Source: Hydrolagus colliei
Lineage: Eukaryota
DNA length: 64,000 bases
Assembly (NCBI GenBank): GCA_035084275.1
Contig: CM068746.1
Coordinates: 29,140,001 to 29,204,000, forward strand
Direction of reading: 5' to 3'
Part shown: one piece after another, positions 10,751 through 24,460 of the stretch
How positions within the stretch are numbered: position 1 is the stretch's first letter
How the letters are laid out: the number at the start of each line of letters is the position of its first letter
Position numbers and translations under genes: made by a program
Notes under the pieces: generated by a model
What the model saw: the letters and a program-made list of their open reading frames with translations, nothing else
What the model was told of the DNA's origin: nothing
Databases searched by the model: none

Positions 10751-13700
10751 GTAAGTTGAGTGTATCTGAAAAACCCTATATTTTATTTTGAAGTGATAAA
10801 ATGTCTCAAAGCAATTCATAATTATTGTCAGATGTAGTGACTTTTTTGTAGGCAAATATGGCAACAGACCATAAATATGGAATCATCTCATTATGAAACC
10901 AATAGTTCTAAGCTGCAGTACTTCATACTTGCAGAAACCAGCACTGCTTGTCTACTGGTTCCACATTGGACTGATTACAATAATAATAATAATTAAAAAG
11001 TAGGATGTATTCTAAAGAATAAAGTTTAAAGGACTCCTGGACCTGATGGAGATACACCAAATTATGATACATTTGGACAGGATTAACAGAGAGAAGCTAT
11101 TTCTACACATGGGGGGCATTCAGTTACTATATAGTCAGGCAAAAGTCAGGCAAAATGTTTCACTCAAAGGTGTTGGGATGTGGAAAATCCTACCAAATGA
11201 GATGGTAGAGGCACAGTCGTTTGTGGGTTTTAAGAGGGAAGTAGACAGGTATGTAAGAGTTTGAAGGCATATGGGAATTAAATGAACATGTTGCTCTGAG
11301 AGCTTATGTAGATTTAATAAGCTGATTGGCTTCCTTCTGTGTTTTAAACTTCTTGTAATTTGATATCAGCCACAGTTCCAATCACAAGACTTTTGCATAT
11401 ACCTCATAAACAGCGAAATCTACAGGAGTCGCTTCTTAGCTGATGGGTAACTGCTCCATCTTGTAAGCAGTTGAAATGATTCATCCCTAAATCATATTGC
11501 AACACAAGAAGCCAGACCTATAATTTGTGGGAACTTTCTGTAACCAGTTGATTTTTATCAGCTCACCTCTCAATATTTAGCAAAAATGCCACAACCCTAG
11601 ATCATAATTATATAAAAACTTTTCTCTGCATACAAAGTGCAGCTTACAACAGAATTTAGAATTCCCAATCTAAATCCCATATCCCAGGAGAAAAGTAACA
11701 ACACATTTATGTACAGCACCTTTCACTTTGTGAGGACATCTCAAAGCGCTTTACATAACTGCCTGGGGATGGTCATTCAGGTTTTGCTCTCTATGAGGGT
11801 GAAGGGGTGAAAAGATCGCCCAAAGCACGCTCGAAGAAATACACCTGAGGGCAGACTTTAAAAGTAGAGAGAAGTGAGTCAAAGGGACTTTAGGTTGGAG
11901 TTTCAGAGAACTGGGGCAGAAAAAGGCACACTCAACAATGGTGGGAGGGAATCACGTGGGGGACAAGCACAAATGAGCTACGCAAAGAACTCTCGTAAGT
12001 GGCATCAGTCCAATGCAATTGGGTTTGAACTGACAAAGAACTGTGTGCTTTTTTATTTAAGAAAATAAATGAATCTGCATCTCTATTGGGGCTGGGGTAA
12101 AGCAACTTTAACCAAGTAATTTAATATTCCACATTTTTAAGAAGGTAGAAAAATTACAGTGGGGATTGTAGGGTATAAAATTCCAAACCTAACCAGCTCA
12201 CAGAACAAGCAAATAAACTGATTTGGGTAAAACAATAAAAATTGACTTTGTTTGATACATAATATTGCAACATATGAAAAACAAAACAGTGCAATATATA
12301 AAACAGTGCAATATGTGATTCACTCTAATATTTGATAGGTTTGTAATTTCCTATTTTAATCAGTAAAATGTGGTATTTGTCAGGTTCTCCAATTTTCTAC
12401 AAGTCAAAGAAAATATTTACCCTTAGTTAAACAGTTTCCTACTTTTTAAAAATCATTTTCAACTGCAAAAATGATTGACTTCCAGGTCATAAGTTTTCCG
12501 CTGATGTCACTTGCTACATGCGCAAGGCACATATTGTCTCAGTAGTTACTTCTTGTGCTATGCAGACCCTCGGCCTCCCAGACCTTACTTGTCCTGCTGG
12601 AGCATCCTAAAGACAACTTTGTTCCAGATTTTGTCTCTCCCTCATTGTGCAATAGGGCAAGCTCTTTGCTCTGTATCAATTTACACTAGTGGAATGGAAC
12701 TCTTGAGTTGAGGGTGGTCCAGATTGAAATCTGAGTTGAGGGTGGAATGCAACCAATTTATCCCAAGAGTATTATGCGTACATTGGCAAGAGTCAATGCT
12801 TGGGGAACCCAGAGTGTGCACTGGGGTACTCCTAGTGTCTGACCGGCTAAAACCATATTAGCTTGCCATTGAAAGTGCTGAACTGTGGGGCTTTGGCTTG
12901 CAAGGTAAACAGGATTAAGTGGGAAGAGCCACTGCCTCCAGTGATTGCTCTGCCCTTCCAGATCCTGCCAATGATCCAGGCTAGCTAGGCTGTCAGCAAA
13001 GCCGAGCACTACTGCGAACCCGCCTGGTGTAAGAAATTGATTGCAGAGATCGCCACAAAGAGTTGAAAATAGAAGTGATGGAGTGAGGTGAATGGACTCC
13101 AGGATGGAGTTACAGAAAATGGCTGAAAGCACACCCACTAATGGTGGGTCGGGTCAGTCGAGCAAGAGACATTGAAGCAGGCCAGTGCTTGCTGAATGGG
13201 AAATCAGCCAGGCAGCAGGGTTCATCAGAATAATAAATACTGCTATCTCTTTAACTTCTAATATTATGTGTCATTTTCCGCTGTCTTTACGAGCTGATTG
13301 GCTCCATGCTGTTACCACAGTGCCTGGAGGCAATAAGCACTCAATTGATATTGCTCAGAATTATAACATCTAATGGTAACCACAAGCAATTGTAATTGCT
13401 GTTTGCATCATTGTATCTGCAGCATTTTAGCTGATTCTACTGTATAATCAAATCAGAGCTAAATTGTAAACTGCCCACATCAAACAGAAGTCGAGTTTCA
13501 ATTACAGTACTTGGAAATGGTTAATTTTCCATTTGCTGATTAATTGTGCAGCTGAAATAAGTAGAAACAAGCCAAGGGGCCATACTCTGTGTATCTATCT
13601 CATGCATCCTGTCTCGTGTCCCGTGAGAAGCACCAAATCTTTTATTGTCTTCAAAGTTTTAACTTTCCTCCTCCCCAGGCCTCACTTGCTCTTGACTCAA

Positions 13701-14554
13701 AACCAACAACAGCTCAGTCTGTGGAAACGTAAGATTTTTTGGGTAGTGGGGCAGGTGGTGGTGGTTTCTGATTCACTGCCGAGAGAGAAGCCCTTGTTTC
13801 CTCATGTTTCCTCCATCTAGCGTGGAGGGTGCTGCATAAATCCAAGTTGTTGTTGTTATTTCATGCCACAACTATTAGTGGGAATGTTGAACAATAGGTC
13901 TGTTGTACTCCACCTTGAGAAGTCATCAAATTTACCACAAACGTTGTGGCATGTTTGTAAGAACAAAACTGATGACATCTCCAAGACTCAACATATAGTT
14001 TAGCTACAGGTGTTACCATGTTAAAACCATGAACACGTATTGTGTGTTCAAGATCTATTGGAATTAAAATAAAATAATAATCTTTACACTTAATTTTGTG
14101 TCTTTCAAATTTTGAGGATGTCTCAAAGTGTTTTACAGGATTGATTGTAAAGTTTTATGACTGTCTATTTTATAGGCAAACACTGAATTGTTTGAAACAA
14201 CTATGAAAAGCTTTGTATAGTTTCAGAGCATATCGTCAGCTTGTCAGTACCTTGAACTTAGGAAATTGGAAGTGTTCATGAGAATTTCATTAATGTAATA
14301 ACAGAAATATCCTCTGTAACGTAATCACATAATTGTGTGAGGGCGTTTTAATTCTGCCACTGATTTATGGCGACATAAGATAAATAGAAAGTGTCTGCGT
14401 GAAACACAGTGCCTCAGGCTTATCCCTAGATTACAATGCAGATGAGTAAAGACCTGTGCATGAAACAGTTTCAAAAAGTTAAATATGGTTTAAAAAGTTA
14501 CAGAAGGAGTACATTATTCACTTTATGTAGAAAAGTACTTCTACAAGATAACTC

Positions 14555-15560
14555 AGCAGTTACAGGAAAATGATGGAGCAGATTGAGATGGGTGGACTTG
14601 ATGAAGGATTGAATAAGTGTCTGGGTAGCCAGAAGGGGAGAGGATGTGGAGGAGGTAGGTTACGTTGTGAGTTGAAGGAAAGCCATGTGAATGCAGGTGT
14701 GATGTAGAGCCTAAAGGACAATTAGAGGTCAAACAGATTCCACTGGCTCTGTGGATGGAGTGTGCATCTGTGCAGATCAATGTGGTCCGTGCCTGAAGGA
14801 AGGAAGGAACTGGTTGGAGACCAGCATGAGAGCCTCGGTCTTGCTTACATTTAGCTGAAGAACCTCCTCCAGGACTGGACAGAGACGAGGGAGAGGTTGA
14901 TGATGTTGGTTAGCAGGGAAGCTGAGCAATCAAGTGGCAGGGAGATGGGGTAAAGAGAAGCATGGAGATGGAGTCAAGAGAGCAGGTGGTGTTTATTATG
15001 CAACAACAACAACACAATTAAATTTATATTGTGCCTTTCACATCGGGAGGACCTCCCAATGTGCTGGATAGTCAATGTTTCAGATCCGAGCTGGGTCGGG
15101 ATCAGGGAGGATGGAGGGAAAGGAGGGGATAGAGGGACTGCAGGATAGAATTCCAAATATTAGCAGCAGAGTGGCTGAAAGCTTGCCCTCCGATGGTGGG
15201 GTGGTTGGGTCAGGGGACATGGAGCAGGCCAGAGCCCGCTGACCAAAGGAAGCAGGTGGGTTGGTAGGGGGTTAGGAGATTGATAGGGTAGGGAAAGGCC
15301 ATGGAGGGCTTTGAAAGTGAGGACCAGGATCTTGAATTGAATCCTCTAGGTGATGGGTAGCCAATGGAGTCGGGCGAAAATGGGGGAGATGGGGTCAAGG
15401 AACTTGGAGCAGTAGAGAGCATGGGCTGCAGTGTTCTGGATGCAGGAGATGAGGGAGGAGAGGGATAAGGGGGAATGAAGGATGAAAGCGTGGAAAGAGG
15501 GGTGAGTGGAGACTGAGAGGTAGGATGGGGAGGGGGAAGGAGCCTGACGGAAGCAGAGGT
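14555..15560 (-). mobile_element. L2-clade LINE 3' fragments (at least two pieces)
   Basis: Minus-strand IQNTAAHALYCSKFLDPISPIFARLHWLPIT*RIQFKILVLTFKALHGL is the L2 ORF2 C-terminal motif; (CAA)n tail at ~15001. Confidence 0.8.
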
Positions 15561-15608
15561 GGCTGAACAGATCTGCTTGATTGTTGCAGTGCAAGTAAGC
15601 ATTACAGT

Positions 15609-15952
15609 ATAATAATAATAATAATAATAATCCTTGCATTTGATATAGCGCTTTCCACATCTTATCAACGTCCCAAAGCGCTTCACAGAATATACTGTAA
15701 AGTGAATTGACTGTATATATTTGTGGGCGAATCGCGGCAGCCAATTGCGCACAGCAGTGTCCCACACACAGTCGTGGATTGAAATGACCAATTTTATTAT
15801 TGTGTTTTTTTGGAGGGATTATTATTAGGCGTGTGGAGTAAGGAAACTTGCCCAAGGTTTCGCCCTGACCTGCCTGGATTCGAACACAGGTCTCCCCAGC
15901 TTGGTTTCCCCAGCTTGCAAGACAAGTGCTCTAACCACTGAGCCACAGGAGA
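15609..15952 (-). mobile_element. Full-length tRNA-derived SINE (Ala-like head, (TAT)n tail)
   Basis: On the minus strand: A box TGGCTCAGTGG, anticodon-like loop CTTGCAA, B box GTTCGAATCC, tail ctgtgaagcgctttgggacg...gcgctatatcaaatgcaagga(tta)n. Confidence 0.9.
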
Positions 15953-18900
15953 CAGCACTATAGAGAGGAGAGTGGGTCAGTGTATTAATTATATGTATAA
16001 GAGAGGTAATGGATCACTTTTTCAGCAGGCACTGAGGAGAGCAATGTAGCTTTGAACCCAAATGGAAAGAGCTGAGGATATCTCAACCATGCAGTCCCAG
16101 AATGGGAGGGAAGCAGGAAACAGCTGAGGAAGGAATGCCCTGGTATACTTCCCGAAAGCTGGGTCAAACAAAAGGTTTCCTTCTACCCATCTAGTTCAGG
16201 AATGGTGTGCATTGGGCAGCATAAAAGAAGGAAAGAAATATGATTTTGAAATGTGGCACAATTGAAAGTTCAAACCAAGGAAATAATTTGTTACCATGCG
16301 GTTACCTTGGAAGATAATTGGTCTTCTTGATTATAATTTTACTAAATTGTTCTTACAGCCTATCTCGCTTGGCCAAGTTGAACTGTACGTCTCAGTTTAT
16401 TTGACAGCCATCTTCAAAAACATGATTGAGCAAGATGCAAAGCTCAATATACAAACCAAATATTTCAGCACGACACAGCATATTGGAGATAAAGCCAGTA
16501 TTTACAAAACCATTATATTTTCCTAAATGTTGGGAAGGGTGCAAAACCTACCGGATGTTTGTTATATTGTAGAACAGCGTGGTCTAACAAGCAGCCCACA
16601 GGTCATTTGATTCAGCCCAACACCATTTCCAACATTCAAACTTCTGCTCCCTCCCTTCCTGGCAAACATACTCGCATGACAGCGGCAAGGTGGAACGTCA
16701 CATGTGGAGTAAAATTCCACCTAGGTCTAGGTTTACTTTATTTATGTAGCATTTCTGTTTACGTTCAGTCACAATGACAATGAGAAGCTTCAAGATGAGA
16801 TATCAACTTGACACCACTCTAAAGTCCTGTTTATTCTAACAAGTTCATAACAGTACAGGAGCAGAACATACATACTGTATCCTTTTCGTACAAGTACTTG
16901 TCCAGCAGCATATGGGATTTAAGAGAGACTTGCCATTTTGGAACAGCAATGGTAGCTGAGAAACACAATCCTTTCACCTCTGGCACCAGTTTCAATCTAG
17001 TTAAGATTCTGATGAGGGATGAAAATCTTCTCTCTAAAGATTTGAATGGTTGTGCTGTATCAGTACATAGCAAAAAATAGAAGCTCGAAATTTTAGAAGA
17101 GATCTGAAGTTTAACCTGAATAACATCCCGTCAAGAAAGTTGTGCTACAAAGGGCTAGTTCATTTCAGCAGACGGAAACTGGGAGTTGGCAGAAAACATG
17201 AAAAGAATTGTCAACAGAGTAAACACAGTAGTTTGTCACAACGTGGTAGACATTCTGGTCTCTCTGATCAGTATTAGCCTCAGTAAGAAACACATTTGAG
17301 AAAAAAATCCTTAAACATTCTTCAGTAAATTAACAAAATAGTTAATTCTGGGCATTTGCCCGTGTGAAAGCTGTTGCTTAAGTATTTTGGAATTTGCCTT
17401 CCTCATCAAAATTAACTCAACTGATTTTTCCCTTAAATTTTTCTTTTTGAGTAAAATATTCACAAATATCCTGAAATAAAATGAGTTTAATTGAAACCTT
17501 TCAGTGCTGACTTCTAATAACAGGATGTATGTTTGATGCCAATGAAGAAATTTCAGCTAAAGCTACGCCGAGAAAGGTCCTTCAGTTCAGGGTTTGGTTT
17601 CTTGTTGGTGGGATTGACTCTGCTCGTGGCTACAGTGGCCACTGTGGCATCCAATTGAGCAGAGAGAAATGAACCCACCCTGTCTCAGAGGATCCCATGA
17701 AAGGAAAGTACTGTTAAGGCACTTAGACTGACACCACAGACAAAGAGCAGACAGATTGCCTGGTCTCAGTGTGTTCTGCTTTCAGTAATTTTGTCGAGAC
17801 ACATTTCTGTTCTGCAGTTGGCAGTTACTATTTCATGACCCGGTCCATGATGGAAAATAGGTCGCACCTCGCAGTAAATTGAGGAGTTGGTTTTCAGCAG
17901 CACTTAATGAGTTGGATGCTGCAGTACAAACGCAGCAGTGTGAATCACTGTGAGCTCTGCTTCTCTCCCCAGAGGTTCATGGCTGGTCCAAATTCTCCTG
18001 GTGTTCTGGCCAACAATCCTCCTGATTGATTGGTCTTTCATTGCACAACTATTCGGAAGGCACAGAATTGTCACTGTGTTTTTGCCGACAAAAACTGTTA
18101 ATATATTTGACATCAATTGCTGCAAAGGGCTTTGAGCGTTTTTTTTACAGAATTAAGTAAGATGTTTTTCTTAATCATTAAAATCTTTTTCTCCTGCCCC
18201 AGTTTTCTCTCTATACTCCTCCTCTCATCCTCCCCGTCATTTAATGCTGGGGTCTGCTTCCAAAACGAGAGATCAATGAATAATAATTGGAAGTGGGGTG
18301 ATATTTCCAAATTCTTCTCCTTTAAAACCCAAGGACACATTGATGCCCAGATCATAATTGATACAGCATAGCCCAAGGATTATTGATGCTGAAGTCTCCC
18401 TGATCTCTGGTTCGGGGACATATTGTATGTTGGTGTGCCATCATGTCACGAGGGACACCAGTCACTGATATTTTCCAATTAAGAGTGCTCTGATGGATGG
18501 AAGAGTTGTAAAAGTGTATAATCATCCCACCATAACTTGCTGGCTCATGGTAAATGTGGAGGAGAATGGATACCTGTGAGTGAATTACAAGGCAGTCAAA
18601 GCGCTTAGACGATACCATAAAGCACAGAACGAAGCTGAGACAGTTTATATCCATCTGGACAACATGACCTGAGACTTTTATCACTTATTATCGTTACTAG
18701 AGAGTGTAGGCATGTCGCATCATGAGACACAATCTGCAGTTCAAGCAGATTTGTTTCTATCGATAGGTTAAAGGCAATGATGCTCGTGGTGTATTAAAAA
18801 ATGATAATCATCCAGGTATCAACATGAATGGCTTCACAATACCATAATAATATTGTCATAAATAATGTGTTTCCATTATAAAACCATGCACTACTGCAGA

Positions 18901-20137
18901 AATTTATTGGTCATATTTCAGTCATATCTTTAATGAAAAATGGGCTATCATGAAAATCTTTTATTGCAATGAGTTGTGCCTTAAATACCCACTTGAAAAG
19001 TAATACCTCAAAGATTGAATGTGGAAAACATAACATAACTGCTTGGCGGAGTCTTCCGATGAAAATATTACTTTAAAACACAGTGTGTAATTCTCACCTT
19101 TGACTTATGCACCAGGGCAGTTAAGTGGCGAATGGTTTGCATCATGTCATAAACGTTGTACTCAGAGGTGTATCATTCCTAAACTTTCGCATGATCAGGT
19201 GTGCAATTTGTGCAGCAGATTTTAAGCTGTATTAATCACATATGGGAAAAAATTTCATTGAAGTATAGATCTACTTTATTTATGTAACATATTAGAGCAC
19301 CTATAATGTGGCATATTCATAAATACAGCATTAATTTTGAAGGTTTTTTTGTAACTTCTTTTAAAAGAATTTCCAAAAAACAACTTCAAAGATAAAGTTA
19401 AATGCAACAATTGCCAAATTCTGTACACTTGAAAATGGAGTAAATAGAGTAGATCTAGACCTCAGTGGAAAATTTCCCCACAGAATCTGTGCTATGACAA
19501 GACTTAATGAGATTGGCTTTTCAGTGTTTGTGAATAAACTACCCTTTCGTAGAGTCTGGAATGCAGGTTTCACCTAAGTGTTATGTTGCTTTCATGAAGC
19601 TGCCATTTTCATGTGTGGCAATTTTGATATCTAAGTGAATAGTGATGAGATACAAAACATAATTAAAAAGACATTAAAAACTAAAATATCAATGATTCCC
19701 ACAATCTCAGAAGTGCAAACCTATAACAAAGAAGCTGATGTTCACATTATGTGCTTATTCTTTGAGGACTCAGTGGAGGTACTGCATGATGTGCAATTTG
19801 ATTTTATGCTTGAGAGTTGAGACCTTTTTGGGGTTTTTAATGAAACTTTGAGATACAGTGAATATAGAATTTCATTTTTCATTTTTAGCAACTTGCTATC
19901 TTATAAAAGTCAGATTGTGAAAGAGCTGATATGTTTTTAGACTGTAAACATTTGAAAATAGTTAACTCTGCCATAAGTGCTATATCACAAGAGCAACTGA
20001 GATAATGTTGGGAGTACTTTGCAATTGTTGGATGTTTTTGCAGAGGAGTAGTTGGGAAGATGGTGTATCATGTCAGTGGTTTTGATAGAATTTGAAACAC
20101 AAATACCCTAAATCTTATTTCTATGCTTAACGTGCAG

Positions 20138-20324
20138 ATCAGATACTGGAAGTTTATCGATAATGAGGCAGCTGCACATCGAGTCAGAACGAGTGGATAC
20201 AATCTAACAGCCAGAGTGAAGGACCTCAAGCCTGATACCTGGTACCATGTGGAAGTCAGAGCCTACAACAAAGCCGGAGCTGGTCCTCCCAGTCCACCAG
20301 TTCAAATTGGCACCAGGAAAGGAC
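20138..20324 (+). CDS. CNTN1: Contactin-1 coding exon D (FNIII-3)
   Basis: cgtgcag|ATC AGA TAC TGG...AAA GGA C|gtatgt; 187 nt, phase 0 to 1. IRYWKFIDNEAAAHRVRTSGYNLTARVKDLKPDTWYHVEVRAYNKAGAGPPSPPVQIGTRKG, with the FNIII LxPxTxY tyrosine-corner motif. Confidence 0.94.
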
Positions 20325-20849
20325 GTATGTATCATTTCATTCTGACATATTATTCATTAAAACTATTTCTATATTTATTTAACATTTAATCATGTAAAAC
20401 GCCTGATGGTTGCGAAGGCCAGCTCTCATTTTCCTTTCATGACTCGTGTTGTTTCCTTATCATAGTGTGTAGAGAACATGAGCTCTCTTTCCTAGCTATT
20501 TGTGGGGATATCAGCTGTGTGTGCAGTCAATTAACTTTACAATATATTCTGTGAGGCTCTTTGAGACATTTAATGACGTGATGGGGCACTAAATCAAATG
20601 CAATTATTATTATTATTTAAGCACAGATAGAATGGTATTGTGACAAAGGTTCACCTGCAGGATACACATCACTTCAATGTAGCACAGACTAGCCCCGAGT
20701 AAATCTCATCACTTCAGGACAGGACTCGTTCTGTTCCTGGATCGATCAGTAACTCAGTGGAGTGGACCATGGAGAGCTTGCATAACCTGCTCAAATCCCA
20801 TATCAGGTCTTGAACTCAGATCGCCTAAACTGATGCTACATTGGCTTGT

Positions 20850-21150
20850 TGAAGGTGGCATCCTTCAGATGAAACATGAAACCGAGGTCCTGTCTGCCTG
20901 TTCAGGTGGACGTTAAAGATCCGATGGCGCTGTTTGAAAAGAGGAAGGAGTTTCTCCTGGTGTCCTGGCCAACAATCCCCTAAATAAAACTGTGTCATTC
21001 ATTTCACAGTTACAGTATTTGTGGGACATTGGTGTGTACAACCATGCTGCACATTTGCCTGCATTTCACAGTAATTCATGTGAAGCACTTTGAGGTGCCC
21101 TTCTTACATGATGAGGTGCTATATTAAATGTAATAATAATTATTATTATA
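20850..21150 (+). mobile_element. DeuSINE-type element (AmnSINE1/SacSINE1-related core)
   Basis: ccttcagatgaaacatgaaaccgaggtcctgtctgcctgttcaggtggacgttaaagatccgatggcgctgtttgaa...gtgtcctggccaaca resembles the Deu-domain consensus as recalled. Related fragments at ~27125-27320, 34961-35160, 38160-38372, 40325-40560 (minus) and 52140-52462. Confidence 0.7.
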
Positions 21151-21187
21151 TGCTTGATCTTGAAAGATGTGATTTACTGTTCTCCAG

Positions 21188-21300
21188 CTCCCAGCCAGCC
21201 TCCAAAAATAGTCAGTGCCACATCCATCGGAACCCACTACCAGATCGTCTGGGAAGGTGTCACAGCGTTGTCCAATGAATCGAATGTGGAGGGATACAAG
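21188..21300 (+). CDS. CNTN1: Contactin-1 coding exon E (start of FNIII-4)
   Basis: tgttctccag|CT CCC AGC CAG...TAC AAG|gtatgt; 113 nt, phase 1 to 0. (P)PSQPPKIVSATSIGTHYQIVWEGVTALSNESNVEGYK, cf. CNTN1 PPSQPPRIISS...VVALSNESTVTGYK. Confidence 0.94.
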
Positions 21301-22658
21301 GTATGTTGAGCATATGACACTGCTGAGCAGTCTAGTTAAACCACAGCATTGGACAGTCTATGTTATAGGAGTCCCCATATCACTAATGTGATGCACAGCA
21401 CAACTGGAGCCAAAACCTGTTTTCTAAAATTATTTTATCCTACTTGCGCTGCACTCCAAGCACTCCCTGAGATCTTACCTCTCCGAGAAGTAGTGACTTA
21501 TGCTACAGGATCAAGTGCAAGCTGCTATCAGGCTTATGATTCCAGGTGTTCACTGTTCATTTGTGAACCTTGACAATGAGTGTCATCAGACAGTGGGCTT
21601 CACAGACTCATACCTTCTGAATCGGGTGTAATAAGGCCAATATCTACGCTTCACATGACTTCCTGAATTGAAATTGGGAATTTTTCCCAATTTTTTTAAA
21701 ATTTTTGTTTAAACACATCAGTGCACTCCAAGGGGATTTGAGTCAGACAGAGGTGGGGACTAGTTATCATAAGCAGAGGCACATCATTACCAGCCCATTA
21801 ACAGCTCAAGTCCTGATAGCAGAGGTCCCACAGGTTGACAGAAATACCAAATACTAATAGACATTGTAAATTAGGCTGCTGTATTTCAACTACCTGTAGG
21901 ATGAATTTTTTCCAGTAAATAAACGTATGGATTTATTTGGACAGGTTTTTCATGAGTCAATCCAGATTGATTGTGAAGAATTCAATCAAAATCAATCAAA
22001 ATTACATTTATATAGCGCCTTTCATGTCGGGAGGACATGAAAGGATTCCGTTGCATTTGCTTATAAATGACAGAATGGAATTGTGCCCAGGTTTCCCTCA
22101 ATTTCTGCCAGGGCTGAGCATCAATCCTCTATGAGGTACGCACTGTCTTCTGCCCCAGCATGCTAAACTGAAACGTCTGGAGATTAGCTTGCATGAATCA
22201 GTGTTTGTTCACCTTAAGACAATTGCGCATCCATAATAAGTGATTTCTATCCATTTAATATTGGGGATCTAAAAGAATGTGATGTCGCCCTTTGTTCTTC
22301 TTTAGTTCCTAAAATAACTCCAAGACAGACACTAGCTGTCTGTTACCTCTAGTTCTTGAGAGCAAGTTATCAACATTTTGTTGCATTATGTTACTTTTAC
22401 ATATTAAAATGTGAAAACATGGGTATCAGGGAAACTTTAGCCCATGTCAATCAGCCAGCTAGCCAACACTGTTACACATGATGTGAAAGCCTTCAAAATA
22501 AAATGAACAGGAGATGAAATAATGAACCGGATGCGTGTGTTTGGTAACGGTTAACATCTAGGGAGAGCTGCTGTTGAAAAGGCTGAATGACTGCAGCAGC
22601 CTTTACTAACACCACAGATATGTTTTGCAGCTTTAGTGTATCACTTATTGTATTACCT

Positions 22659-23209
22659 GCTGCACCAAGATCTGTAAAAGACATTGAGCAGCAGAACCGG
22701 GGTGAAAAGAACAGTAGCACTCGCATGGAAGGCTGCACAAAAATAACCTTACTTCACAAAAATGCTGCAGAACTCAATATCTCAGTTTATAAATCATAGT
22801 TTGAAATGTCTTACTAAAGTGAAAGGCCTCATTGTTCTGCACACGTGGATTGGGTGACTGTTTTACACTGAAGCTTTTTATTTCGTTCTACGAGTTAAAT
22901 GCCCTTATTTATTGAAAAAAGCCAACTCTGTTCACTTGAATAATGAAATGTTTGTTACAATGTTTTGTCCAGAGTTTGAGGTACCTCCAATATTAGTCAC
23001 ACGCACCTCACTCAGAGAGGCTAAGGTTTCCGGGTATTTTGACTGAACAGTGTAGCCTCTGTAAGCCCCTGTAACTCTCCAGCACAAACTGAACTCTCAC
23101 CAGCTGATGCTGTGTGGCTAGCTTTTTGTGTGCAGCCATTCATGCCTGTGCTGCTGTGCTCTTTACCTGGTTTCTGCCGCTCATCATCTTTCACAGATTT
23201 TGCTGCAGC
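22659..23209. repeat. Imperfect inverted repeat (arms 22659-22739 and 23129-23209)
   Basis: Manual ungapped alignment of arm 1 with the reverse complement of arm 2 gives 63/81 identities; spacer 389 nt. Confidence 0.85.
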
Positions 23210-24300
23210 CACGATTGAATCGAGTGACCCTTGTGAAGCTCCACAAGTATCTGTGGTATATGGAGAGGATGCTGCAATCTTTGACTGAACACATAAAATG
23301 TAACATTTAAAATCAAATGGTCACAGAGTGTAGGGATTCTTCACCGCTCAGCTCCTTCTAACTCTGTAAAGCAAAGCCCTAAATAATAGGTAGTATGGTA
23401 ATAACTGGACAAATAGTGGAACAACAACAACTTGCATTTAACTAGTGCCATTCATGACGCACAGATCTCAGAGCACTTAAAGCTTGATAGACAGTGTAGT
23501 CGCTTTATGTTTTTTGCTGATCAAACTCCAGCAATACCTAGCACTCACAAGCCTTGCCTAATACGCTACAGAATTAGGTAAGCAGAGCTTATCCCTCCAG
23601 GGAGAGACTGTGCATTTCATTTCAGATTCATGGAAATTTCCATATGGGGGTGGTATATATATATATATGTGGAACTTTGTCTGGTGTGGATACTGTTAGG
23701 AATTCTGCATGTGTCAGGCTGACCAAACAAAAGCTGCAGTCTGATGGCTTTTTCAACTTCAGTTCTCTGAAGAATTAACCAACACATTCCATATTGTTCT
23801 GAATATAATACAACCTGAATTATAGGGTGATTCCCACATTTTTCAGTTTGATTTGTTGAAATGGAAAAAAATACAATATGGAGCCGAACCAAAAATATAT
23901 GTTTTGCATAATGTTAGAATAATATTACGCCACATTAAAATGGTCCCAATCAAAATGGCTGGCCAATTGTGTGTCCTTACAGGAGGCTGGAAAATGTTGG
24001 ATGAATACAAAAAGTGGGGAAAGAAAATAAAAGTTGAGTTTGATGAATGATATTTTCACTTGGATACTTAAAAGTGTACAGTGTTGTATTAGTTTTATGG
24101 TGTATTATACTTAAAAATGTTCACACAGACATGCCAGTGTTTTGCTCAGTGCCTCTGTTGAAATACTAGCTCAAATATTTTCAGGTCAGATAATGCATTG
24201 ACTTTTATCAATGGAACTCACTTTCAGATTCCTGCTAAATTTTCAGTGTTTAATGTTCTATTTGGTGTCACATCCATCAAGGTTTCTTTTATACTTTTAG

Positions 24301-24460
24301 GTGCTATATAGAAGAGATGGAACCGTTAATAGCACGCTGCTGAAGACCTTAAACCACAATATTGATATACCTGTTCACGATGAGGGTGACTACATTGTGG
24401 AGATCCGAGCCTACAGTGAAGGAGGCGATGGAGCAGTTGGCTGGATCAAGATTTCAAAAG
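24301..24460 (+). CDS. CNTN1: Contactin-1 coding exon F (FNIII-4)
   Basis: atacttttag|GTG CTA TAT...TCA AAA G|gtatgc; 160 nt, phase 0 to 1. VLYRRDGTVNSTLLKTLNHNIDIPVHDEGDYIVEIRAYSEGGDGAVGWIKISK. Confidence 0.94.

Noticed and set aside
16575-17310. Possible ancient hAT transposase relic (MVAEKHNPFT; TIR-like cagcgtggtctaac)
   Set aside because: Similarity is too short and degraded to call by eye; needs a profile search.
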